The notes beneath the pieces are model-generated. The model saw nothing but the letters and a program-made list of their open reading frames with translations, ran no database searches and had not been told where the DNA came from. From Christensenellaceae bacterium OttesenSCG-928-K19 (GTDB lineage Bacteria > Bacillota > Clostridia > Christensenellales > Christensenellaceae), in assembly GCA_030266015.1 (NCBI GenBank), contig JAJDHD010000024.1, forward strand, positions 1 to 36,990: a stretch of DNA of 36,990 nucleotides. Direction: 5' to 3'. Made by a program: the position numbers and the translations under genes. Of the stretch, positions 1 to 9,789 are shown in pieces. Position 1 is the stretch's first letter; every line of letters begins with the position of its first letter.

Positions 1-603
1 AGATGGCTGATATAGAATTGCTGGCGCCTGCGGGAAACCGTGAGTGCCTGGAAACCGCATTTTACTTTGGGGCGGATGCGGCATATATTGCAGGGAAGAA
101 TTTTGGGCTGCGCGCGTTCGCAGCCAATTTTTCGGACCATCCACTCCTTTGCTAAGCGTGTAAATAATATCGTCATAGGTCATGCTTTTGGAAAGCAGGT
201 AGGTTCCCGCCTTCAGCTTGGAGGACTTGTCGGAGAAATCAGTATAAAGCTTGAAAAACTGCTGGTTGCGGATCAACTCATTTTCTTCCAGCATCTTCGC
301 AATCGTGGAGAGAGATGAGCCGCGCTTAATTGTAATTTCCACAGCCGTATTGTCGTTTGTATCAACAGGATCCAGGTAATTTGTCTTGAATGTTTTATAA
401 ACATAAAAACATCCTGCCACAACAATGGCTAGGGCTGCAACGAAAATAACAATAGGACGGAAAAAAGCCCAAGCCCTGTTCGGCTCTTTTTCATTCCGCA
501 CCTTGTTGCGCTTTATAAAGCTTTCATCACCATCCACAAGGATCGTATGTGTTTCCAGCTCCTCGTTTTCTTCGAGGTAAATGTTATTAAGCTTCTTTGC
601 CAA
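1..603 (-). CDS. mltG: Endolytic murein transglycosylase MltG (YceG family), N-terminal part only. The basic cytoplasmic tail, TM helix and start of the YceG domain are recognisable from about 603 down to about 150. Below about 150 the reading frame stays open to the window edge but no longer resembles MltG.
   Basis: Manual minus-strand translation (not in the ORF track because no in-window stop): TTG start at 603 preceded by AAAGGGGAA, then LAKKLNNIYLEENEE...NRAWAFFRPIVIFVAALAIVVAGCFYVYK (TM), then VEITIKRGSSLSTIAKMLEENELIRNQQFFKLYTDFSDKSSKLKAGTYLLSKSMTYDDIIYTLSKGVDG, which is the typical MltG N-lobe pattern. The following RTRAAQNSSLQYMPHPPQSK has no MltG character. Confidence 0.5.
   Translation of the reverse strand, partial: MAKKLNNIYLEENEELETHTILVDGDESFIKRNKVRNEKEPNRAWAFFRPIVIFVAALAIVVAGCFYVYKTFKTNYLDPVDTNDNTAVEITIKRGSSLSTIAKMLEENELIRNQQFFKLYTDFSDKSSKLKAGTYLLSKSMTYDDIIYTLSKGVDGPKNWLRTRAAQNSSLQYMPHPPQSKMRFPGTHGFPQAPAILYQPS
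3..149 (+). pseudogene. N-terminal 48-codon fragment of a peptidase U32 family protein (PrtC/YhbU/YrrO-like), ending in a premature stop. The remainder of the gene is absent.
   Basis: ATG at 3 translates MADIELLAPAGNRECLETAFYFGADAAYIAGKNFGLRAFAANFSDHPLLC*. This matches the highly conserved U32 N-terminal signature ELLaPAGn...A..GADAvY.G...fgLRa.a.NF. Sequence after the stop is antisense mltG, not U32. Confidence 0.45.
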
Positions 604-626
604 GCAACCGTTCCCCTTTACCGCTG

Positions 627-977
627 TCAGTCTTCAAATAGATTCTGTCCAACCTCTGCCGCTTCCCCAATGATTTTATAGACATCGGAGACCAGCGTGT
701 TGAACTTATATTCTGCAGTAAAATACTCTGTAATCTTTGGGTTGAATTGTAGCACTTCCCCAACTTTCTGTATTTTCTCCAGCAGCTCTGACGAAGGCTC
801 CTGCCCTGTCATATAAGCCGCCTGCGCCTCAAACTGCATCTTCTGGTAATCGCGGATCATCGTTTTATTTGATTCTTCCGCCAGTACCTCATCCTTTATC
901 TTTTTAAATTCCTTATACTCCGCGCTCTGCTTTATTAGTGCTGCCAGTTCATTTGCCTTGTCCTGGATGTTTATCAT
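627..977 (-). CDS. UPF0342 / YheA-YlbF-YmcA family protein (small helical regulator family)
   Basis: MINIQDKANELAALIKQSAEYKEFKKIKDEVLAEESNKTMIRDYQKMQ... resembles B. subtilis YheA/YlbF family. AGGAG lies 8 nt upstream of the internal ATG at 977, so the ORF-track start at 1001 is probably too long. Confidence 0.7.
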   Translation of the reverse strand: MINIQDKANELAALIKQSAEYKEFKKIKDEVLAEESNKTMIRDYQKMQFEAQAAYMTGQEPSSELLEKIQKVGEVLQFNPKITEYFTAEYKFNTLVSDVYKIIGEAAEVGQNLFED

Positions 978-1025
978 CTTTTTGACTCCTTTTTTTCGCA
1001 AAATGTTCCCATTATCCAGTCAGTA

Positions 1026-2927
1026 TTATACCTCAATGATAATCGGAAGGATCATGGGGCTGCGGTTTGTCTTTTGGTACAGGTAATTTGATATGTCTTT
1101 TTTGATGAAATCCTTTAGTGTATTCCAATCGCTTGTGCCTGCATAGCGGCATTCCTCCACCACACGCTCCACAATGTTCTTGGATTCCTCAATCAATTCC
1201 TCCGATTCCTTCATATACACGAACCCACGCGATACGATATCGGGGTCAGATACAATCTCTCGTGTATCCTCAGAAATCGTCACAACAACGATAAACAGCC
1301 CGTCTGAGGAGAGCACCTTCCTATCCCTCAGCACTACATTACCCACATCGCCCACGCCAAGGCCGTCGATAAGTACGCTGCCCGAGGCAACCTTGTCCTT
1401 TTGCACGCCAACCTTGCGGTTTAGCGCAATAACCGAGCCGATTTCCGGGATGAAGATGTTCTTTTCCTTAATCCCCATCTTAACCGCAATATCCGCGTGG
1501 TTATACAAATGCCTGTATTCGCCGTGCACCGGGATGAAGAACTTAGGCTTGACCAGCGACATCATCAGCTTCAATTCCTCGCGGCAAGCATGTCCGGAAA
1601 CATGCACCATGTCCTTTGCGTCATTGATCACTGTTGCGCCCTTGCGGTACAGCATATTGATGACGTCTGACACATACCGCTCATTGCCTGGGATGGGCGT
1701 TGCGGATATGATGACCAAGTCATTTTCTTTGATGTTGATTTTTGCGTGCTGGCCCATTGCCATGCGCACCAAGCCAGACATTGTTTCGCCCTGGCTGCCC
1801 GTGGTAAGCACCACAACCTGCCTGTCCGGCATTTTTTTGATATCGTCAAACGACACCAGCATGTCGTCATCCACATTCATATAGCCAATCTCACGTGCCA
1901 CACCCACAACCTTCAGCATACTTCTGCCTGAGAGGCACACCTTGCGGTTGTACATTTTGGCAACGTCAATGACCTGCTGCAACCGATGGACATTTGACGC
2001 AAACGACGCGACAATAACGCGCCCCTTTGCTTCACGGAAATAATCCATAAACGTGTCGCCCACCTCGCGCTCGGACATGGTGGATCCGGGCCGCTCTGCA
2101 TTAGTGCTATCCGACATCAGCGCCAGCACACCGCGCTTGCCAAGCTCGGCAAATCGGTTTAAATCCATCACCTCGCCGCTTAGCGGGGTCAGATCCACCT
2201 TAAAATCACCCGTATGCACAATAACGCCTACCGGCGTGGTAATCGCAAGTCCCATTGCATCATCTATGCTGTGACTCACTTTTATAAATTCCACAGTAAA
2301 CACACCGGCTTTAATCTTGTCACCCGATTTCACATTAATAAATTTGGGTGACAGCCCCGGATGCTCGGAAAGCTTTGCCTCTACAAGCGCAATTGTAAGC
2401 GTGGAGCCATAGACCGGAACATCAAAATCGCGAAGAATGTAGGGCAGCGCACCGATATGATCCTCGTGCCCGTGGGTTAAAAAGATACCGTGGATCTTAT
2501 CCATGTTCTTTTTCAGATACGTGGTGTCCGGTATCACGTAATCCACACCCAACATCTCTTCACGCGGGAACATAAGCCCTGCGTCAATCACAATGATCTC
2601 GTCGCCAAACTCAATTGCTGTAAGATTTTTTCCTATTTCGCCAATTCCGCCAAACGGGATAATTTTAACCGAGGGCACTTCGTTTTTAGGCTTTACGCCA
2701 TTCTGTTGACTTTGGTTGTTTTTTTGTTGCCCTGTATTATTCTTTTGTTTTTGAACCGGTTTTCGTTTTGTTTCCTTTACCGGCTTTTCTCCATTTGTTT
2801 TTTTTGCCGCAGCGGTTGGATTTGGCTTCCGCCTTCTCCCATTATTACTGCGTCCCTGTCTTTGTTCATTCTTTTGACCGCTGTTTTGTTCGTTCTTTTG
2901 GCCATCATTTTGTGCTGTTTTATTCAA
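1026..2927 (-). CDS. rnj: Ribonuclease J (metallo-beta-lactamase / beta-CASP family) with an ~80-residue Q/N/K-rich N-terminal extension
   Basis: HxHxDH motif (HGHEDHIGALPYIL) and beta-CASP region. Conserved core begins at VKIIPFGGIGEIGKN. TTG start at 2927 with GGGAGAGGA RBS 6-7 nt upstream. Confidence 0.9.
   Translation of the reverse strand: MNKTAQNDGQKNEQNSGQKNEQRQGRSNNGRRRKPNPTAAAKKTNGEKPVKETKRKPVQKQKNNTGQQKNNQSQQNGVKPKNEVPSVKIIPFGGIGEIGKNLTAIEFGDEIIVIDAGLMFPREEMLGVDYVIPDTTYLKKNMDKIHGIFLTHGHEDHIGALPYILRDFDVPVYGSTLTIALVEAKLSEHPGLSPKFINVKSGDKIKAGVFTVEFIKVSHSIDDAMGLAITTPVGVIVHTGDFKVDLTPLSGEVMDLNRFAELGKRGVLALMSDSTNAERPGSTMSEREVGDTFMDYFREAKGRVIVASFASNVHRLQQVIDVAKMYNRKVCLSGRSMLKVVGVAREIGYMNVDDDMLVSFDDIKKMPDRQVVVLTTGSQGETMSGLVRMAMGQHAKINIKENDLVIISATPIPGNERYVSDVINMLYRKGATVINDAKDMVHVSGHACREELKLMMSLVKPKFFIPVHGEYRHLYNHADIAVKMGIKEKNIFIPEIGSVIALNRKVGVQKDKVASGSVLIDGLGVGDVGNVVLRDRKVLSSDGLFIVVVTISEDTREIVSDPDIVSRGFVYMKESEELIEESKNIVERVVEECRYAGTSDWNTLKDFIKKDISNYLYQKTNRSPMILPIIIEV
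2865..2912 (-). repeat. Two tandem 24-nt units (TTCATTCTTTTGACCGCTGTTTTG / TTCGTTCTTTTGGCCATCATTTTG) inside the rnj 5' coding region, encoding the duplicated GQKNEQ peptide
   Basis: Direct reading of nucleotide sequence and the protein repeat DGQKNEQNSGQKNEQRQG. Confidence 0.5.
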
Positions 2928-2972
2928 CTTTATCCTCTCCCAACCTGCTTACCGGCTTCTACCGGCAGCGTA

Positions 2973-4361
2973 TCATAAAATATATTTCTGTAAATTCTGG
3001 TATTGCTCTTCTTTCTTCAGGTGCTCCGTTACATATTTTTCGTCGATCGTTACACTGACCGACGGTTCTATCCCATTTGCATTGTAAAAAATATCCTCCA
3101 GCAGGTTTTCTACAATGGTATGCAGCCGCCGCGCGCCGATATTTTCCGTCGTTTCATTCACAAGCTGCGCAATCTCCGCAATTTTTTTAAGCGCATCACT
3201 CGTAAACTGCAGTTCCACGCCATCCGCGGAAAGTAGCGCTTCATATTGCTTTGTAATCGCGTTTTTTGGCTGCGTCAATATTAGTTCGAATTCTTTTTTT
3301 CCAAGAGTCTCCAATTCCACCTTGATGGGAAAACGTCCTTGCAGCTCGGGGATCAAGTCTGATACCTTTGCCACATGGAACGCGCCCGCCGCAATAAAAA
3401 GCATATAATCCGTCTTTACCGGACCATATTTTGTTACTACCGTGCTACCCTCCACAATGGGAAGAATGTCACGCTGCACGCCCTCGCGGGATACATCCGG
3501 CCCGCTGCCCATAGACTTGCCCGCAATCTTGTCAATCTCATCTAAGAATACGATCCCATTCTGCTCGGCGGCTTCTATTGCTGTTTGGATCACCTCGTCC
3601 ATATCAATCAGCTTTTCCGCTTCTTCCTGCTCCAATATCTTACGTGCCTCAGTGATGGTCACCTTGCGTTTTTTCGTTTTAGTGGGAAGAATACCCGAGA
3701 AAAGGTCGCCTAAACTTTCCCCGCCCATGCCGGGGATTTCCACATTGCTGCCCGCGTTCACTTCCACTTCAATCTCTATTGTCAAATGCTCCAGCTTGCC
3801 ACTTTTCAGATTTTCCCGCGTCTGTTCCCTGCGCGAAAGCCTTTTTTGTTTTTCTTCATCCGATTCCGATGAATCCGATGACTCAATCCGTGGCTGGTTC
3901 ATACCAAAAAACACGCCAAACGGGTTCTGTCCCTGATTTGCCTGCTTATTTGGCACAAGCAAATCCACCAGCCTGTCCTCCGTGTTTTGCTTTGCCTGCT
4001 CCTGCACCGTTTCGTAGCGCTTTTGCTTTACCATGCGGATGCTGGCTTCCACAAGATCGCGTATGATGGATTCCACATCGCGTCCCACATAGCCCACTTC
4101 TGTAAATTTTGTTGCTTCTACCTTCACAAACGGTGCGTCCATCAGCTTTGCCAGACGGCGCGCGATCTCTGTTTTACCCACACCCGTCGGCCCTATCATG
4201 ATGATATTCTTAGGCGTGATCTCCGCTCGCATCTCCTCGTCCAGCTTGCTTCTCCTGTAACGGTTACGAAGCGCAATCGCCACTGTTTTTTTTGCGCTGT
4301 CCTGCCCAATGATATATTTATCCAGTTCGGCTACAATCTCTTTTGGTGTCAAAAATGACAT
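2973..4361 (-). CDS. hslU: ATP-dependent protease ATPase subunit HslU
   Basis: [37 protein letters not shown]..., Walker A GPTGVGKT, typical HslU I-domain, C-terminal ...LQKYIL. Confidence 0.95.
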   Translation of the reverse strand: MSFLTPKEIVAELDKYIIGQDSAKKTVAIALRNRYRRSKLDEEMRAEITPKNIIMIGPTGVGKTEIARRLAKLMDAPFVKVEATKFTEVGYVGRDVESIIRDLVEASIRMVKQKRYETVQEQAKQNTEDRLVDLLVPNKQANQGQNPFGVFFGMNQPRIESSDSSESDEEKQKRLSRREQTRENLKSGKLEHLTIEIEVEVNAGSNVEIPGMGGESLGDLFSGILPTKTKKRKVTITEARKILEQEEAEKLIDMDEVIQTAIEAAEQNGIVFLDEIDKIAGKSMGSGPDVSREGVQRDILPIVEGSTVVTKYGPVKTDYMLFIAAGAFHVAKVSDLIPELQGRFPIKVELETLGKKEFELILTQPKNAITKQYEALLSADGVELQFTSDALKKIAEIAQLVNETTENIGARRLHTIVENLLEDIFYNANGIEPSVSVTIDEKYVTEHLKKEEQYQNLQKYIL

Positions 4362-4364
4362 AGG

Positions 4365-4910
4365 TTACACCTCTTCTACTATGATATGGTCGTTGGTATA
4401 TACGCAAATCTCACTAGCAATTTTAAGACCTTTTTCTGCAATCTCCTTTGCAGGCAGGTCTGTATTCTGCACAAGCGCCCTCGCTGCTGAAAGGGCATAA
4501 GAGCCGCCCGATCCAATGGCGCAAATGCCATCATCCGGCTCTATCACCTCGCCGGTACCAGAGACAATAAGCAGGTTTTCCGCATCCGCCGCAATTAACA
4601 TTGCTTCCAGCTTGCGCATAATTTTATCCGTGCGCCATTCCTGCGCCAGCTCCACAGCCGCGCGTTGCAGGCTGCCGCCATATTCCTCCAGCTTTGCCTC
4701 CAGCCGTTCGGAAAGAGCAAACGCATCCGCAACCGAACCAGCAAAGCCGATCACCACTTTATCATCAAACAACCGCCGCACTTTTTTGGCGCCTGTTTTC
4801 ATAATGATCTTTTCGCTTAGCGTAACCTGCCCATCTCCCGCCACGGCACACTTGCCATCTTTTTTTACCGCTAATATTGTTGTTCCTTTTATATCCATCT
4901 TTATCCTCAC
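4365..4910 (-). CDS. hslV: ATP-dependent protease subunit HslV (CodW-like, with a short N-terminal propeptide before the Thr-Thr)
   Basis: [30 protein letters not shown]... matches HslV/CodW. The ATGA overlap with the trmFO stop supports the 4910 start. Confidence 0.9.
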   Translation of the reverse strand: MRIKMDIKGTTILAVKKDGKCAVAGDGQVTLSEKIIMKTGAKKVRRLFDDKVVIGFAGSVADAFALSERLEAKLEEYGGSLQRAAVELAQEWRTDKIMRKLEAMLIAADAENLLIVSGTGEVIEPDDGICAIGSGGSYALSAARALVQNTDLPAKEIAEKGLKIASEICVYTNDHIIVEEV

Positions 4911-6232
4911 TTTAAATGATACTGCGCAATGATCTCACTTACCTTTGTAAGCGCGCGCATAGAGATTTCCAGATTCCGTTCTTCTTTGCCACGCACCTTG
5001 TGGTCAAGCGGCCGCATAATTCCATAATTAATATTCATGGGCTGGAAATTGCCGGAGGTGCTGCCACTGATATGCAGCGCGAGCGCACCGATAGCCGTTT
5101 GGTCGTTAAAATCCGGCAATGGCATCCCCAAGCATTCGCACGCGACATATTGACCGCACAAAAGCCCGCTGGACGCGCTTTCCACATATCCTTCCACCCC
5201 TGTAATCTGCCCGGCAAAACGTATGTTTGGTTTGTTTCTCAGACGATAATACTTATCCAGCAGATCGGGCGACTTTAAAAAGGTGTTCCTGTGCATCACG
5301 CCATACCGCAAAAACTCCGCCTTGGCAAGCGCGGGTATGAGCCCAAACACACGCTGCTGCTCCTTAAATTTTAAGTGTGTTTGGAAACCCACCATGTTAT
5401 ACATGCTGCCCTCTGCGTCTTCCATGCGCAACTGCACAACCGCATACGGTCGTTTATCCGATTTTGGATCCCTAAGCCCTTTGGGCTTCAACGGGCCAAA
5501 TAGCAACGTCTCGTAACCACGGCCCGCCATTGTTTCCACCGGCATACAGCCCTCAAACACCTCTTGGTTCTCGAATCCCTTCAGCGGCGCACATTCCGCA
5601 CCCACAAGCGCGTGGTAGAAAACGTCATATTCTTCCCGCGTCATCGGACAATTGACATAATCGTTTCCACGGTCATAACGGGACGCAATGAACGCCTTAT
5701 CCATATCGATACTACGTGCGCTGACAATAGGCGCAGCCGCGTCAAAAAAATGCAAACACTCATCGCCCGTCAGCGTGCGCACAGAATTCATCAGGCCTGC
5801 CGAGGCAAGCGGCCCCGCCGCAACAATAACAATTTCGTCCGCATCAAAAGCGGTAAGATCCACCACTTCCTCACGCACGATCTCTATCAGTCCATTCCGC
5901 TCAAGTTCCTTCGTCACATAAGCGGAAAAATCTTCCCTGTTCACAGCAAGCGCGCCACCCGCGGGCACACGTGTTTCATCCGCCGCGCGCATAATCAGGC
6001 TGTCAAACTTGCGCATTTCCTGCTTCAAAAGCCCCACCGCATTCGACAGCCTATCTGACCGCAATGAATTGCTGCACACAAGCTCCGCCAGCTCCAGCCG
6101 GGAATGCGCGGGCGTCATTTTCTGCGGCTTCATCTCATAAAGCCGAACAGGTATCCCATATTTAGATAGCTGGTAGGCGGCTTCACACCCCGCAAGGCCG
6201 CCACCTATTACATTAACTTTTTTTTGCTGCAT
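4907..6232 (-). CDS. trmFO: Methylenetetrahydrofolate--tRNA-(uracil54-C5)-methyltransferase TrmFO (Gid)
   Basis: [36 protein letters not shown]... FAD-binding GxGxxG and the TrmFO-specific C-terminal region. Confidence 0.9.
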   Translation of the reverse strand: MQQKKVNVIGGGLAGCEAAYQLSKYGIPVRLYEMKPQKMTPAHSRLELAELVCSNSLRSDRLSNAVGLLKQEMRKFDSLIMRAADETRVPAGGALAVNREDFSAYVTKELERNGLIEIVREEVVDLTAFDADEIVIVAAGPLASAGLMNSVRTLTGDECLHFFDAAAPIVSARSIDMDKAFIASRYDRGNDYVNCPMTREEYDVFYHALVGAECAPLKGFENQEVFEGCMPVETMAGRGYETLLFGPLKPKGLRDPKSDKRPYAVVQLRMEDAEGSMYNMVGFQTHLKFKEQQRVFGLIPALAKAEFLRYGVMHRNTFLKSPDLLDKYYRLRNKPNIRFAGQITGVEGYVESASSGLLCGQYVACECLGMPLPDFNDQTAIGALALHISGSTSGNFQPMNINYGIMRPLDHKVRGKEERNLEISMRALTKVSEIIAQYHLK

Positions 6233-8381
6233 CCGTTTTCTTTTTCTGGTTCGTCACACAATCTGCATTGGAGCATTTTTTGAATGTCTTGCCCCATTTA
6301 AACTTGGATTCAACCATATAAGCGCCGCACGTTTCACATTTTTCCGTAAGCGGCTTGTCCCAGGAAACAAAATCACATTCCGGGTACTTTTCACATCCGT
6401 AAAAGCTGTGTCCTTTTCTGGAGCGCTTCACAACCACCTTACCGCCACACTTGGGGCAGGGCACATCCAGCTCCTCCACAATGGGCTTGGTGTTTTTGCA
6501 TTCCGGATAATTGGGGCAGGCAAGGAATTCGCCAAAGCGGCCCATCTTGTGCACCATGTTGGCGCCGCATTTTTCGCAAATGATGTCCGATACCTTTTCG
6601 GGCAGCTTCACATGCTCAATATTCTTCTCAGCTTTTTCCAGATCCTCTTCAAACGGGCCATAGAAATCTTTTATCACAGACTTCCAATCGGCACCATCCT
6701 GCTCCACATCATCCAGCTTCTCTTCCATATCCGCGGTAAATGCGATATCTACAATATCTGCAAAATTATCCGCCATCAGCTCTGTCACAATACCACCCAG
6801 CTCTGTGGGCACAAAGGACTTTGCTTCCTTTGTCACATATCCCCTATCCTGTATAGTAGAAATGATGGGCGCGTAGGTACTGGGACGGCCGATTCCACGT
6901 TCTTCCAGAAATTTAATAAGCGATGCTTCCGTATATCTCGGAGGCGGCTGGGTAAAGTTCTGCTTGGGATCGATTTTGACAAGCTTGCACTCTTCGCCTT
7001 TTTCGATTTTAGGAAGCATAGAAGCTTCGTCATCTTCTGTTTTGGAATCGTAGACCGCCAGATGGCCTTTGAACAAAATCCGTGACCCGCTCGCCTTAAA
7101 CGTTTGCCCGTTCGCGTCGATGTCATACGCCAGTGTTTCAAACTGCGCGGGGTTCATCTGGCTTGCAAGGAAACGTGTATAAATCAGCTTGTAAAGCTTG
7201 AACATATCATTGGTCAGGTATTGCTTTACCGATTCAGGCGTATTGGTGATATACGTTGGCCTAATGGCTTCATGCGCATCCTGCGCGCCTTTCCTGCCTT
7301 TATACGTGTTCGGCTTTGCCGGCACATACTCCGCACCATATTTTTCTTTTACATACTCGAGCGCACTCTGCTGCGCTTCTGCCGAAACACGTGTGGAGTC
7401 TGTCCTCATATAGGTAATAAGGCCAACCGTCGTCCCGTCTGCAAGCGGCACGCCTTCATAAAGACGCTGTGCCAGCATCATTGTCTTTTTTGCCGTATAT
7501 CCCAGCTTGCCAGAGGCCGCCTGCTGCAAAAAGCTTGTAGTAAACGGCGGCAACGCGTTCTTTTTACGTGTCCCGCTTTTTACATTTTCAATGATAAACT
7601 TTGCGCCGGCTACATCGCTTAAAACCTTTTTTGCGTCTTCTTCTTTATCAAGCTGTGCTTTTTTGCCGCCCGGCCCATAGTATTTCGCCTCAAACTCTTT
7701 GCCGTTTTTATCAAGGTTAGCGCTAATCGTCCAAAATTCTACCGGATCAAACGCTTCTATTTCCTTTTCCCTATCTACAATTACCTTAACCGCAACGCTC
7801 TGCACACGCCCTGCCGAAAGGCCTTTGCGCACCTTGCGCCACAAAAGCGGGCTCAATTTGTAGCCCACCAGCCTGTCCAGCACGCGCCGTGCCTGCTGCG
7901 CGTCCACACGCTGCATATCAATTTTACGCGGCTGCTTAATCGCCGTCGTCACCGCGTCTTTTGTGATTTCATTGAACTCAATCCGGCATTCCTTGTCCCC
8001 ATCCATATTCAGGATATTAGCAATATGCCAGGAAATCGCTTCCCCTTCCCTATCCGGGTCTGTTGCGAGGAATATCTTATTTGACTTCTTTGCTTGATCC
8101 TTCAGCTCTTTTATGAGCGGGGCTTTGCCACGGATTGTTGTATACTGCGGCTCGAAATTATGCTCGATATCAATTCCGATTTTGCTTTTCGGCAGATCGC
8201 AAAGATGCCCGTTTGACGCGCGCACCGCGTAATTCCTACCCAAAAACTTCTCTATTGTTTTCGCTTTTGCGGGCGACTCCACTATTACAAGATTCTTTTT
8301 GGGTGCCGCCTTCTTCTTAGTCGTTTTCTTTGCCGCTGCTTTTTTCTCTGTTGCTTTCTTTGCGGCTTTTTCTGTTGCCAT
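6213..8381 (-). CDS. topA: DNA topoisomerase I (type IA) with an N-terminal Lys/Ala-rich tail and three C-terminal Zn-ribbon motifs. The ORF-track start at 8420 is less likely than the ATG at 8381.
   Basis: TOPRIM (LVIVESPAKAKTIEKFLG), catalytic Tyr region, CxxC...CxxC Zn fingers (CEKCGANMV..., CPKCGGKVV..., CETCGAYMV...). GGAGGAG lies 5 nt upstream of the ATG at 8381, whereas the ATG at 8420 has no RBS. Confidence 0.9.
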   Translation of the reverse strand: MATEKAAKKATEKKAAAKKTTKKKAAPKKNLVIVESPAKAKTIEKFLGRNYAVRASNGHLCDLPKSKIGIDIEHNFEPQYTTIRGKAPLIKELKDQAKKSNKIFLATDPDREGEAISWHIANILNMDGDKECRIEFNEITKDAVTTAIKQPRKIDMQRVDAQQARRVLDRLVGYKLSPLLWRKVRKGLSAGRVQSVAVKVIVDREKEIEAFDPVEFWTISANLDKNGKEFEAKYYGPGGKKAQLDKEEDAKKVLSDVAGAKFIIENVKSGTRKKNALPPFTTSFLQQAASGKLGYTAKKTMMLAQRLYEGVPLADGTTVGLITYMRTDSTRVSAEAQQSALEYVKEKYGAEYVPAKPNTYKGRKGAQDAHEAIRPTYITNTPESVKQYLTNDMFKLYKLIYTRFLASQMNPAQFETLAYDIDANGQTFKASGSRILFKGHLAVYDSKTEDDEASMLPKIEKGEECKLVKIDPKQNFTQPPPRYTEASLIKFLEERGIGRPSTYAPIISTIQDRGYVTKEAKSFVPTELGGIVTELMADNFADIVDIAFTADMEEKLDDVEQDGADWKSVIKDFYGPFEEDLEKAEKNIEHVKLPEKVSDIICEKCGANMVHKMGRFGEFLACPNYPECKNTKPIVEELDVPCPKCGGKVVVKRSRKGHSFYGCEKYPECDFVSWDKPLTEKCETCGAYMVESKFKWGKTFKKCSNADCVTNQKKKTDAAKKS

Positions 8382-8455
8382 AAACTCCTCCGTACCCGCA
8401 CCTTTATTATAGTGCTTCATTCTATTATAACAAATAATGCCTGTACGGCTGTGAA

Positions 8456-9577
8456 TTATTTGTTAATTTCATACAATCCGCCCGCGCAGGCAGAGACCAG
8501 CCCGTCGAGCTCCATTACTGTAAGCAGCATATTTAAATCCTTTATGCCAATCTCCAGCTCTTTTGCAATCTCGTCCGCCGTCATGCTTTCACGCATCAAC
8601 AACGCATAAATTCTTGATTGATCCGCATCCATCCGACTTCCGAGCTGCTTTTCGCCTTCACTATGCGCCCCATCCTGTCGCGGGGTTATCTTCCACCCTT
8701 GGTCTCGCATAATCTCTCGTGCACTGTGCACCATAGGCGCACCGTTTTCCACAAGATACAAAGGCAATTTCGCCACGCTCGATTTTAAATCGCACTGCAT
8801 CGCGTAAATATCTTTGCCCTTCGCAAGCGCAAAATCTACAGTGATACGCGCACCGCTCTTCTCTCCGCCTTCTCCTGCGATAAGTACGCGTGAAAGCCCC
8901 GCGATAATGCGGTTCCTCTGCGGAAAATTTGTTGTTGTCGGTTGCGTGCCCGGTTTAAACTCAGATACCACCGCACCATGCTCTATAATTTCGCTATATA
9001 ATTTCACGTTCTCGGGCGGATATATGACGTCCACACCACACCCAAGCACTGCTACTGTCTTTCCTCCTGCGGCAAGCGCACCCTCATGGCACGCCGTGTC
9101 CACGCCCCTTGCCATTCCAGACACAATGACCACATCCTGGGCCGCAAGCTCCTGCGCCAAACCTCGCGCAAAGGTATAACCTTTTTTTGTCGGCCTCCTG
9201 CTGCCCACCATACCACACGACTGTTCCATCTGCGGCATAGTTCCTTTAAAATACAACACCGGGGGCGGGTTGTCAACATCTTCCAAAATTCGCGGGTAGC
9301 CCGAGCTAAGTCTTGTAAGCACTTTTATCCTGTTTTTTTCTATGCTTCCAAACAGGCTGTCCCAATAGGCTCTACTTGCCGCGGCGGCAAGATTTTCCTT
9401 TAATCGATCCCGCAGCTTCACCCGCCGGGGTATATCTTTATAATTCTCACAGGCCGTCTTGGCGTCTTCAAACACCTGTAGTATTTTATGAAAGGTTACA
9501 CTGCCCATACCATCGATACTGGATAGCCAAACCCAATATGCTTCCTGCTCTGTCATAACCCGCTCCAGAATTTTCAC
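8456..9577 (-). CDS. dprA: DNA processing protein DprA (Smf)
   Basis: Rossmann-like DprA core (GMARGVDTACHEGALAAGGKTVAVLGCGVD..YP) and C-terminal winged-helix region. Confidence 0.85.
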   Translation of the reverse strand: MKILERVMTEQEAYWVWLSSIDGMGSVTFHKILQVFEDAKTACENYKDIPRRVKLRDRLKENLAAAASRAYWDSLFGSIEKNRIKVLTRLSSGYPRILEDVDNPPPVLYFKGTMPQMEQSCGMVGSRRPTKKGYTFARGLAQELAAQDVVIVSGMARGVDTACHEGALAAGGKTVAVLGCGVDVIYPPENVKLYSEIIEHGAVVSEFKPGTQPTTTNFPQRNRIIAGLSRVLIAGEGGEKSGARITVDFALAKGKDIYAMQCDLKSSVAKLPLYLVENGAPMVHSAREIMRDQGWKITPRQDGAHSEGEKQLGSRMDADQSRIYALLMRESMTADEIAKELEIGIKDLNMLLTVMELDGLVSACAGGLYEINK

Positions 9578-9789
9578 TTCAAACTAGTTATTATATAACC
9601 TGCTGCAGAATAAACCTTCATTATTGTATACTGATATTTCTATTTTGTCTAATTATTATTATGCAACATGCCCAATAACTTGCATTCTTGCACCTACTAT
9701 CCATCAATCCCCCAATAATTTAATATGCCGTTTATTTGAAATATATGCCTCAAAATAAATATACCCGAGTAGCTTTGGAGGTGAGTAAA

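Noticed and set aside
40-318. 92-aa plus-strand ORF from the ORF track
   Set aside because: No RBS and no recognisable similarity. The region is better explained as the U32 fragment (3-149) plus antisense of the mltG N-terminal half.
1174-1884. 236-aa plus-strand ORF inside rnj
   Set aside because: Antisense shadow of the RNase J coding region. Ser/Thr-rich low complexity.
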